A stretch of 64,000 nt of DNA from Hormiphora californensis (taxonomy: Eukaryota > Animalia > Ctenophora). Every line of letters starts with the position of its first letter. The first letter of the stretch is position 1. The notes below the pieces were generated by a model. That model did no database searches, was not told the origin of the DNA, and saw only the letters and a program-made list of their open reading frames with translations. Shown in pieces: positions 12,016 through 22,315 of this stretch. The position numbers and the translations under genes were made by a program. The stretch is taken from positions 10,230,001-10,294,000 of the forward strand of contig CM035350.1 of NCBI GenBank assembly GCA_020137815.1, read 5' to 3'.

Positions 12016-13337
12016 ATTTGATGCTCGTTCAATTAGTAATCTGATCAATTACCCGCTGCCTGACAGAAAATTCGCGCTTTACTACCAAATCACGACTGTA
12101 TGGGTGAATCCCTGATCAGTTTACCATTGCAAAATTCACAGCTTTCAGCGGCATAGCGTCTACACAGTTCGCAATATCAAATTTACTTACAGGGATCGGA
12201 TCTAGAGTTAATGTACTTACAAGATATCTATATACATGTACTTACAGGATCTGTTGATATCTCCTCGGGAGGGGGCGGTGTAGTTATTCGTTGGTTCACT
12301 GGCCCTCTTGTGATTGAGGGCTCTTAGAGCAGGGGAGGGTTGGTAGTAGGAGGAATCGTCCGTCGACGAGTATCGTTGTAACATAGTCTAAAAAAGGGTT
12401 AAATTCCCGTTAAATTAAATATAGCTGGTTTGATACCGCTGGATTTCAATAATCAAATAATTTTAAACAAAAGATTTCATATAATTTGATGGGCAACAGT
12501 AAATTTCCAAGGTAGAAATATGGAGACTGGAGAGATAGAGTGGACTAGAGGTCGGTATTCAACCTAAATTACCAACGTTAGGAGACATCTTTCTAATTTT
12601 ATTAATCACTGTAATCACGGAGTTAGAGTGCGGTACGGTAAACAGCTCCCTGAAACTGAATATATTGCAATGTTGAAGACAGCAAAAAGTTTGCGGAAAG
12701 GACGCGATATTTAGGAGACTCTGGATACAACTCGCTCTGAAGAGAGCCGCACACAGTTGCTTATAACTGTCAGAATAATTTTAAAACTACTACTTCCACT
12801 ATCTATAGGCGGTTTTCTAAGAAGCTCCTGGCGTGAATATTTCTGGCTTGACTCCTGGATAATTATCAGCTATGTAAATCTGTAAAAACAGTAAATTTAC
12901 AAGTTTACACACGTCAGTACACAAGCTGTAGGTACCAGGGACAATTGTTTGAAACAAGATTAACAACGACAACACGCTTCAGTACGTAACAATTACATGA
13001 ACATAACGACAGTGCCATGTGCTAATTGCCTGATAGCGTATTATACTCTCGATACATGTGTGTCACATGTACCATTACCAATATCATACTGACAGTCCTG
13101 ACAATTAGCCAGACACATGTCCATTGTGTGTGAAGAATGTTATATGTGCTATAACACCGGTGACACATGTCCAATGTGTGAAGAATGTTATATAGGGGTA
13201 CATGACATTTGACACATCTCACAGATCAGTGACACATTATCTGAGATCCCTGCCATTGTCAATAGGAGATAATGGAAGCTGCTCAAACAAAGACAATATA
13301 TTGGTATACCGTTATGAATGCCTATATACTGAAGAAT

Positions 13338-13576
13338 TGATAGAAGTTTATGGACAACTGAGACAATTATTTTATTGCAGGAAATAAATCACACGTTTTC
13401 AAAAAGTTTTCAACACTACTTTAAACAAATTAATTTGAGCAGCCTGATGATGTCGATGTTCGACGAAACCGTCGTGTGATTTATTTCCTGCAATAAAATA
13501 ATTGTCTCAGTTGTCCATAAACTTCTATCAACTATTGAAGATGAGACTCATATCAAGCGTGGCAACACATGAACTT
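13338..13576 (+). mobile_element. 240-bp hammerhead-containing mini-element with a 59-bp inverted repeat and 13-bp TSD (PLE/retrozyme-like)
   Basis: IR arms 13337-13395 and 13473-13531; TSD tatactgaagaat at 13325-13337 and 13577-13589; hammerhead core 13444-13473. Confidence 0.8.
13444..13473 (+). ncRNA. Minimal type I hammerhead ribozyme motif
   Basis: CTGATGA t GTCGA tgt TCGAC GAAA cc GTC: canonical core, perfect 5-bp stem II and GUC cleavage triplet. Stem III is minimal, as in PLE-associated hammerheads. Confidence 0.7.
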
Positions 13577-13924
13577 TATACTGAAGAATATAATGGGAAA
13601 TATAAGTGGAACAATATGTGAAACATATATAGCTGACAAAGGACGGCAATTGCGACAGCAACATATTACCACCGAGACAGAGACAAGTTATAACGATAGC
13701 AATATATTATAGATAGAGTGATAGTTGTTATACTGTCCATATCTCTCTCATGCACTACATCGAGTAATAACAAGTTATTAACGTGTAACTGGAACAGGCA
13801 ATGGGATCCATACCGGCTGGGATCTCAAAACTACATCTATCACACACACCTCTCAGATCATTGCAGCCACAGATTCGCCATTCAATTTCCCCACGCAGAT
13901 CATAGTTCCCACATCATGGCTATA

Positions 13925-14050
13925 TAGATCTACTACTACTCACAGCTACTATACTACAACAGATCTACTACTACTACTACTACTACAACTGAGAACAGAT
14001 CTACTACTACTACTCACAGCTACTACAACTAAGAACAGATCTACTACTTG
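13925..14050. repeat. (CTA)n-rich degenerate tandem repeat
   Basis: Repeated agatctactactact units. Confidence 0.8.
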
Positions 14051-14227
14051 TATACTGGTGGACGCGTAATTACGCTCTGACACACACTATATCGCTCTGA
14101 CACACATCTTGTGTGAGTTGTGATAGAGATATTGGACTCTCCAGTATCCTCCGATATGGAGTTGTTAATTTACAGAACGTTACATCACATGACACACGCC
14201 TCTACCACTTCACGGACAGTATCTATA

Positions 14228-15596
14228 CATCTGGTACTTATGTCAACCTCGGCTAAGGGTCTACAAAAACTCCTCGATGCCCTCTACCGGTTCTGCTCTG
14301 ATTGGGATCTTACCGTTAACACCGAAAAAACGGCTATAATGGTCTTCAACCAAGCTGGGAGGAAACTCAAAGAATCCAACGGCTTTCTCTACGGCGACTC
14401 ACACATCCCATCAACCAAGACCTATCAATATCTCGGTTTGACTTTCTCGGTGAATGGTAACCTACGAGAAGCCCAAAAACAACTGAGAATCAAGAGCATG
14501 CGGAGCATTTTCGCCATAAAAAGAATAGTGGATATCAGATCAATATCCAAGCAAGCGGCCCTAAAACTATTTGATGCTCTGGTAGCACCTGTAGCAGGGT
14601 ATGCATCAGCTATCTGGCTGCACGAAACAAGATTTCTCAAGACATCTCTAAATGGGAAGCATGTGAAAACTACATCGAAGGACATCTGGGACGACCAAAC
14701 AGAAAAATGTCAAACCAGCTTTCTGAGATGGCTACTAGGACTTCGGAAAAACACACCGCTACCTCCACTCTACGGGGACACTGATAGAGTCCCCCTGGCC
14801 GTAAGAAACAGCAAACACCTGCTGGACTTCCACAATAGACTATGTATCATGAGCAACACTCTCGACAACCAAAGCAAGCTAGTCGTACACGCCTATAACG
14901 AACAGAAGCGACTACAGTTGCCCTGGTATCAAAGTGTCCTAAGGACCTCCGAGATATTCGACTCCAATGCCCACCACCCGCAGAAGATACTTCTCCCTAA
15001 CTCCCAACTCGTGCAGGCCCGTATCTCAGATTGGTTTTGGACCCAATGGGACGATATTCGCCACAGCAACCGGAAGCTTGAATTCTACAACAGTGTCAAG
15101 ACCGGACATGGCTTTGAGGATTACCTAGAAAGAAGGACGGCACCTGACTTCATCAAGTTAAGAACGAGTACCCACCGCCTAAAAATCGAAACCGGACGCC
15201 ATAACAAAACTGACAGATCTGAGCGCCTCTGTGATGATTGCTCCTCACCCGAGTCTATACCTCTCCTGCGTGCCCTCCCTTTCTTCGACCCCATCATCCA
15301 AGATGAGTGGCACATGCTGAATGAATGCACCCGCACCAAATCAGCTCGAGACCGCCTAACAGATCAAGACAGAACCTCCCTTCGTGGTCATGTCTTCCCC
15401 TCACATATCAATCATCATCTCTCCCACCTAATTCACACCATCATCAACCCATAATACACACACTACCACCGCCCACCTTACCTCTCCTCTCAACCCCCTG
15501 AACCCTCTCTCTACCCCTCCTACTCCCACTTTTTTACCTATAGTTATATGACAATAATATTATTGTTAAGTACTTTTTAATTTGAATCTTGAATCT
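14228..15596 (+). mobile_element. 5'-truncated LINE (RTE-X/Daphne-like) with RT C-terminal ORF ending at 15454 and a ttgaatc tail
   Basis: LVLMSTSAKGLQKLLD...WDLTVNTEKT...YQYLG...KLRTSTHRLKIETGR...ERLC..C...DEWHMLNEC are typical of this LINE group. The 3' end is tttgaatcttgaatct. Confidence 0.88.
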
Positions 15597-15841
15597 CTAC
15601 AATTATACTTCACGGGCATGTCCGGACAATATCCATCGGTATATTGATGGCACGCACTATATCGCTATTTTCACACTTGCTACTATCACACTTCTCACCG
15701 CGGTACCACAATGCCCCACCACATGTTCACACATGTGTAGTATATTAAACACAATATGGTATTGAGAAGTGCACCTAGATGTTGTATACAAGATTTAGTG
15801 GGTTAAACAGCTTGTACCCTCAGCTGGAAGTGTAAGGCAGC

Positions 15842-16041
15842 GGATTACGGCGGCCGAAAGGAAAACCCGAACCCGATGCCCAAAAGATCCATCTGCGCAT
15901 TACAGATTGTGTACTTTTGCATGAAAAAAAGTGTGCATGTACACTTTTTTCACGCAAAAGTACATATTCTGTAATGCGCAGATGGATCTTTCGGGCATCG
16001 GGTTCGGGCAGTCGGGCTCTCCTTTCAGAACCCCGTAATCC
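15842..16041. mobile_element. 200-bp palindromic MITE
   Basis: ggattacgg...ccgtaatcc termini; the interior is a near-perfect palindrome centred at ~15935. Confidence 0.85.
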
Positions 16042-17514
16042 CCCGTGTAATCCATGATATACACGTGGACAAGGAAAACTTGGCAGTATTTAGTCCCCGA
16101 ACAACTGTGTATCCTCATTTCTACAATTGAGGCAAAATATATTAATTGGCAAGTGGCCTAGAGGGAAATAGTAATTAATAGATGACCTAATTTCTCAATA
16201 TAACCTGATAATTAATGATAATTCACTTGTCAACATATTCAGCATGTATTTTACGCTTCACTTTCTATAGAACTGGTTTCTATCACTCATGCACTTGCAC
16301 AGTGCAATCGACTAGTTGCGACACAGAAATTAACTGAAAACGATGGCCGGAAGTGCTGTGTGCTAAGACCTCTAATCTGCACTTCTACAGTACAAATTAA
16401 TTGATAAAGACCGATACGACAGATATATATCTGTTGAGTTAATTCCTGGAAAAAGTCTGCAGCTGGTAAGCTGTGGCAGTCATTGGCCTGATAGAGCCAT
16501 GTGCAATGACATTGCATCTGATCATCGCGAGTATCACAGTGTGGGGTAATATCTCTCCTGCAGCACGTTCATTCATCACAGTTACAAGGTGTTATATAGC
16601 GCCTGGTCCATATAGCGGAATAAATGACTCCCAACCACTTTCTCCCTGTCAGGCTCTGAAAGCAATTCCTCCCGTAGTAACCTGGCATCAAAGGAATGCC
16701 TGACAGTACTGAATACTGGTGTAAAATACGGAACGTATACTAAAGAAGAGTACTACTGCATATGGCGATTAAACCCCTCCCTACCTGCCCAGTGAATCAG
16801 TGCTCTGATGCAGTTAAACAGTTAGCTAGGGCATTTAGACTCAGTTCTGAACAGATCGTTCTGACCTTCCACCTACCCCGAGTTATAGTGCTCAACTATA
16901 TTCAACTTCCATGGAACGTTGTTTAGTCAGAGCATTGACCTGACAGTGTTTAGCAGTGATCTTTATGAGAAAATATCGGAAATGAAGTGCGGTAAAGGTT
17001 TAACCACACGTACAAGAGAACAAAATAAAAATACCTGGGTTGAATAACAAAGACTTTGAACCGAGACACGGTAAGGGAAAACGTTGGGAACGCACATGCA
17101 ATAGTTAGCACGTGGGCCGATCAAGTAGACTATAGTACCTCCTGGCACAGACTTCTTAAACTACACCTAATTGAACACTAGATACAGACTGGACTAATTA
17201 CACGTGTTGAGCATGGGCACAACTAGTTAACAGGGTGGCACAACTACTTGTTAAGTAAGGGGGTGCCGGGTGGAACAACTACAGTTGACAGATCTGTATA
17301 ATCTGTCACTGGCGCTGACAGTAATGTATCCCATATATCAACAACCACATGTGGTCTAGACTCAATCAGATCGTGATCAGTCAAAACCCTAATTTCATCA
17401 GGAAATTAGACATGAGCATTAAGCACTTTGCCACATACCATGATAGTGCTAAGTACGTGGCCCACTTCACATTAAATCTACCCAGCACTGTAACTCAACA
17501 TCAGGGAGCACTTA

Positions 17515-17632
<118 letters not shown>

Positions 17633-17974
17633 TAATTAATCAGGTGTTAGCGAATGATCGAGTGCATTGACATGATTATGTTCATCATGAACTTCACTCA
17701 TGAACAATCTCACATGATCTGCCAAATGAGCATTTTAAATGCGTCCTAATTATCCGGCCAACAGAGGTTTCAACCATATTCCGTTCCTCAAGACTTCCCG
17801 AGCATTCTAAACCTTTCCCAACTTTACTAATAGTCTGCCCGGTTCAAATTGCTATACCATACCCTGCACTCCCCTGTCTCACTTTCCAACCCTACAACCC
17901 TCTACCAGCTACCTACCTCTAACTACAACACTGTCCTGTACCGACAACTATAATTACTGATTGCAAGTACGAAC

Positions 17975-18350
17975 AACTATAACTACCTGTACCTCTGTAT
18001 AGCCATGACAACTATAACCCCTCTCTCTGTATAGCCATGACAACTATAACCCCTCTCTCTGTATAGCCATGACAACTATAACCCCTCTCTCTGTATAGCC
18101 ATGACAACTATAACCCCTCTCTCTGTATAGCCATGACAACTATAACCCCTCTCTCTGTATAGCCATGACAACTATAACCCCTCTCTCTGTATAGCCATGA
18201 CAACTATAACCCCTCTCTCTGTATAGCCATGACAACTATAACCCCTCTCTCTGTATAGCCATGACAACTATAACCCCTCTCTCTGTATAGCCATGACTGA
18301 ATGCAAGTACCGACAACTATAACCCCCTCCCTCTCTGTATAGCTATGACT
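17975..18350. repeat. 32-bp minisatellite (ccatgacaactataacccctctctctgtatag), ~10 copies
   Basis: Direct periodicity of 32. Confidence 0.95.
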
Positions 18351-19125
18351 GAAGGTAGGTCGAATGAGGAGGATGCCCACACCACTCTACCCGTTACCTC
18401 AGAGCCCCTTGCCCAGCCCACTCCGGAGCAGACGGAGAGAACCCTAACTGATAGGCTGAACCAGAGACTCCTAAACTCATTCCTGACAAGGCTCAATAGT
18501 GGGCAGGTATGTGTCGGAATGATGCTCAGCGTTTTGGAATCTTTGCGGTCGCAGCGATGTGGTAAAAAAAGCTGTAATAGGGAAATGAATCCTTGGGAAA
18601 ATGAATCCCTGGGAAAAGTTGTTGTTTTACTCAACAAGGGAAAAGTCTCTGCTGTCATGATCAGTAGGTTTTTGATAAAGTTTTACTTACTATGCAGTAA
18701 GATTTAGATCCCCCGTCCTATAGGCTGATAATAATTATCCTAGTTATATAATGTGCCCATTAAGTCAGCCTATAATGGGCGCTAAGTGACATTAGCTGCC
18801 ATTACTTTACCTCTAAAACTATCTACTACATACTCAGCTTAGTAAAGCGCTCTGCATGAACGATGTAATGAATAAATGGAAAGGAGGGTGGCTCATAGGC
18901 CATGCGCCAGTTAGGGACGATGAATAGTTGATATTTAATAGCAAATACAATCTATACAATATATACCGGCCATGATACTGGCTATCCCCCCGCCCCCGAT
19001 ATGACACGTGATTCCTGCAGGTACCCATGGCAAGTGAGACTGGTGACACCTCACAACAGGAATGGGATGACCACGAGGAGGAGGAGGTAGAGGAATCTGA
19101 GCCGGCTACTGTCCCCAGTAATTAG
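18345..19125 (+). CDS. Small (88 aa) two-exon acidic protein; exons 18345-18506 and 19021-19125
   Basis: tag|ctATG start; phase-0 intron cag|GTATGT...cctgCAG|; joined ORF MTEGRSNEED...TLTDRLNQRLLNSFLTRLNSGQ/VPMASETGD...EWDDHEEEEVEESEPATVPSN*. Confidence 0.7.
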
Positions 19126-19622
19126 GTAATGTATTAGACCTCGACGATATGCCTTATTTTGACCGGGACTCTGAAACACTCAGCACCCCATCATTATTAG
19201 CAATTTAGCATCCACCGTTATGTCGCGGGATCGGTATCTCGAGGGACTGCCTGGCGGCGCCCCGTTTTGACAGCTCGGAGAGGACTGTTGTAATGAATGT
19301 ATCAAGATAAAACACACTATTAGTTGCAGGAAACAGGGATACAATTAAAACTTTACACAAAAAACAGTCCTCGACCACTCAGTTCAGTTCAGTCATGCGA
19401 TGCTTTTGGTTTATGGCTTCTTCACCACAACGACAAAAACACATACACGCCTTGGCCACAAACACACACGCAAACCTCTGGAGTAATTCCAAGTTTTGAC
19501 CAAGTCTCCTGACGTACAAACTGATGCAACCACAGCTCAATAAAATATCTTTTTCCTTCCCGTACAAACATGAGCAAGTTCTAACAAGTATTCAGCATGA
19601 TTATTAGCGGGGTTTCTTTCAT

Positions 19623-19726
<104 letters not shown>

Positions 19727-19910
19727 ATTCCATTACAATCGTCTTATGGTCTAAAAAGTTTATGTTTACATCCATCGTTAATAATCAATCCATCTCTGAG
19801 ACCATGCCGACAAATCCAGTCTCCACCTCATCTGATCTCACTGGCACTAATTTGCAGTAGCCTTTACCACTCATAATTGTCCACAACTCCACCTCTCGTA
19901 TCTCTCCTTC

Positions 19911-20853
19911 CTAAAACCTGTCATTAGCGGGGAAATGACCATGATTCAGGAAGACAGACAGGAACTCCTCTTTGCTGATTATTCCATCACTGTTGTTATC
20001 TATCTCATCAATCAGTTCCTGAATCTCTTCCTCGTTACAGCGCTGCCCAATGCTAAACAGAGTGTCCTTGAACTCACTGGAACTTATCTTGCCATTTCCA
20101 TCCGCATCAAACACCTGCATAGGGGGGGGGGTGTTGTGAACAGAGTTAGGGAAAACTGGGGGGGGGGGGGGGGGGGGGTGTGAATAGATTTTGGGGAATT
20201 GGGGGGGGGGGGTTGGTAGGAGATACAGCTGTAGTGGAGAGAGAAAGGGGCCTAGTGAATCAGGGGTGTAGATATGGTATCGAGGCAGTGTTATCTCTCA
20301 CCTTGAATATAGCCTCGTATTGTTGTTGTGGTGTTACAATGGGATTGTGATGTCGGGACATTAGTTTTATAAACTCTGACACACTCAGCACTCCATCATT
20401 GTTGGCATCTACCGTTGCAATCATCTCCTCTACCTCACTAACACTGGGTTTCAGCCCTATAGTGGCCATTAGGGTGCTGAGCTCATCTACTGAGATGGAC
20501 CCATCACCGTTCACATCATACTTACTGAAGGCCTGTTCGTACTCCCTGATTTGGTCCATGGTGAGTGTAACTGGGTGTAGCGTCTTCCTCTCCTCCTTGT
20601 TAAACAGACAGGACTTCCTCCTCGCCCCTGCACCCCTCCCTCCTCCACTACCATTACTACCACTGCTCCCTGGTCTCTTGTTCTCTGCAGCTCGTACCTC
20701 GTGCAGTGTAATGTGGAGATTAGCTGCTGTGCTCTGTGTCTTTAGGAAGTTCTTGGTGGAATCCAGGAACTTCCTCATCCTAGTGGTCATTTGACCGTTC
20801 TTCCCTGCTCCACCGTTCATTTCCTGAACTTCATCGGGTAATCGGTCAACCAT
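19911..20853 (-). CDS. Calmodulin-like 4-EF-hand protein with a ~100-aa N-terminal extension; exons 20853-20302 and 20114-19911
   Basis: EF loops DVNGDGSISVDE, DANNDGVLSVSE, DADGNGKISSSE and DNNSDGIISKEE; phase-0 GT-AG intron. Confidence 0.92.
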
Positions 20854-20971
20854 GGTGGTGGTTTTATGGGGAGAACTGAGTAGCAACAAAACACACAAAG
20901 AGATTCAAAAAGAGGCGTTAGAGAGAAGAGAAGGATGTGTGTGGTCGATTACCCAACTGTCTATAGACGTG

Positions 20972-20985
20972 GTAACCATGGAAAC
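20972..20985. promoter_or_regulatory. RFX X-box-like motif GTAACCATGGAAAC, ~120 bp upstream of the EF-hand gene ATG
   Basis: Near-palindromic X-box consensus in the proximal upstream region. Confidence 0.55.
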
Positions 20986-21689
20986 AGAACGGGCAACAGA
21001 CTCGTTAAAACTCGCTATAATATAGCCTTTATATAATTGAGATGCCAAGAGTTTCAAAGCGATCCCACTTTATATGAGGCAGTTATATATGCGAGATGGC
21101 AATTTGGACAACGCGTTACGCTCTCTTCAAGCGGCTTACTCAACAAGCGGCCGTTATGGAAGGCAAGAATTGAAAAAAGGAAGCCTCAGTTCGGCTATAA
21201 TTATAGGGTATAACGATACAGGGGAGAGATTATCGTTTATAATGGGACAGTTAATGGGGCAATTATCGATAATCGTTTTTAGGGCACAGACGTCTCTATT
21301 GGACTAAAGAGATCTATATTTTAACTTACCATCCACCTCATGGCAATAATAGATCGAACGTGATCTGCAGAATTGAGAGAGTCAGGTTCTAGTTCTACTG
21401 AAGTGAGGTCACTATCGATTGATGTGCTATTTATAGCCCGCGTTCAGAAATCTAACAGTTCAGATCTGAGAACGATTGGCCAGAACAATCATAGACGATC
21501 GTCCTGTAAAGAATGCAAAGTTATTAGTTTATTGCCTGGTGTCAGAACTAGTTTGTTATAATCGAGACACCACAGCTGTCAGAGCATTGGCCTGACAGAG
21601 ACACCAGTGCAGGTATTCAACATCTGCCTGGCAAGCGAAACAAATGGGAAACAAACGCACTGAGAATTCATCACCGGGTCTGACAATTA

Positions 21690-21925
21690 AATCTGTCTGG
21701 CGCCACTAACCCCATTATGACAGTGTCATTTGATTCTCAGATGGGGTCCGTGGCGCCATACAGGGTCTGACACTGTCTGGCGCCGCGGACCCCATCTGAC
21801 ACTTGGTTGGGAAGTCACCCCTGTTATTATTAATATATGGCGGAGGGGTAATTTCAAAATCTGACACTGTCTAGTGCCGATCCGATCTGAGCGCACCGTC
21901 AGACAGGTCTGATATGACACGTCAG
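21690..21925. repeat. Dispersed palindromic repeat family (tgtctggcgcc / ggcgccagaca motifs)
   Basis: Related copies lie at ~48190-48250, ~50170-50420 and ~51895-51970. Confidence 0.6.
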
Positions 21926-22315
21926 CGTGGAGCAATTTTGGCCGGTTCCATCCCCCATTAACACACAACCACCCCTTTCAGGTTAATTGACTGAGATTGG
22001 TACTGACAAGATGCTGAGTGCTGGTATTCCACGATACAAAGACCCCTTTTCCGTGCCCCTCGCTCTCCAGAGTACTCAACAACTCGGAAGAGATTTCCTT
22101 GTTTTTCCGGCCATTTTGAGACAATTACAAAACACAGAGTTCGCTAAGGGTGCAATCAAATATATACGTAGAAACCTAAAAAACCATGGTCTCTTTTTTC
22201 AATAAGTTAGAAAAAGTAAACAATAAAAACACATGTTATCCCTCTGGGAGCATATGTTATTATAGCGAAAAATAATCCTCTCTATATCGACTCGTATACA
22301 TCTCCCCCAGTGTCT

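Larger units (their letters stand above)
4029..12387 (-). other. Candidate multi-exon gene(s) of unknown product (putative exons ~12387-12246, ~6485-6392, ~4107-4029)
   Basis: 12387-12246: ttttag|actATG, open frame MLQRYSSTDDSSYYQPSP...GDINRS, then GTAAGT. 4107-4029: open frame MMMSGLPLWELTRYFQEHLGEAHFLI, then GTAAGT. No homology recognised, and the exons are not shown to be linked. Confidence 0.3.

Noticed and set aside
17349-17460. Possible exon MWSRLNQIVISQNPNF (superficially iGluR-like)
   Set aside because: In-frame stop just upstream, a stop immediately after the likely splice, and no further supporting exons.
19911-20853. EF-hand gene as a Ca2+-activated photoprotein
   Set aside because: Four calmodulin-type loops and no photoprotein Trp/His/Tyr pattern.
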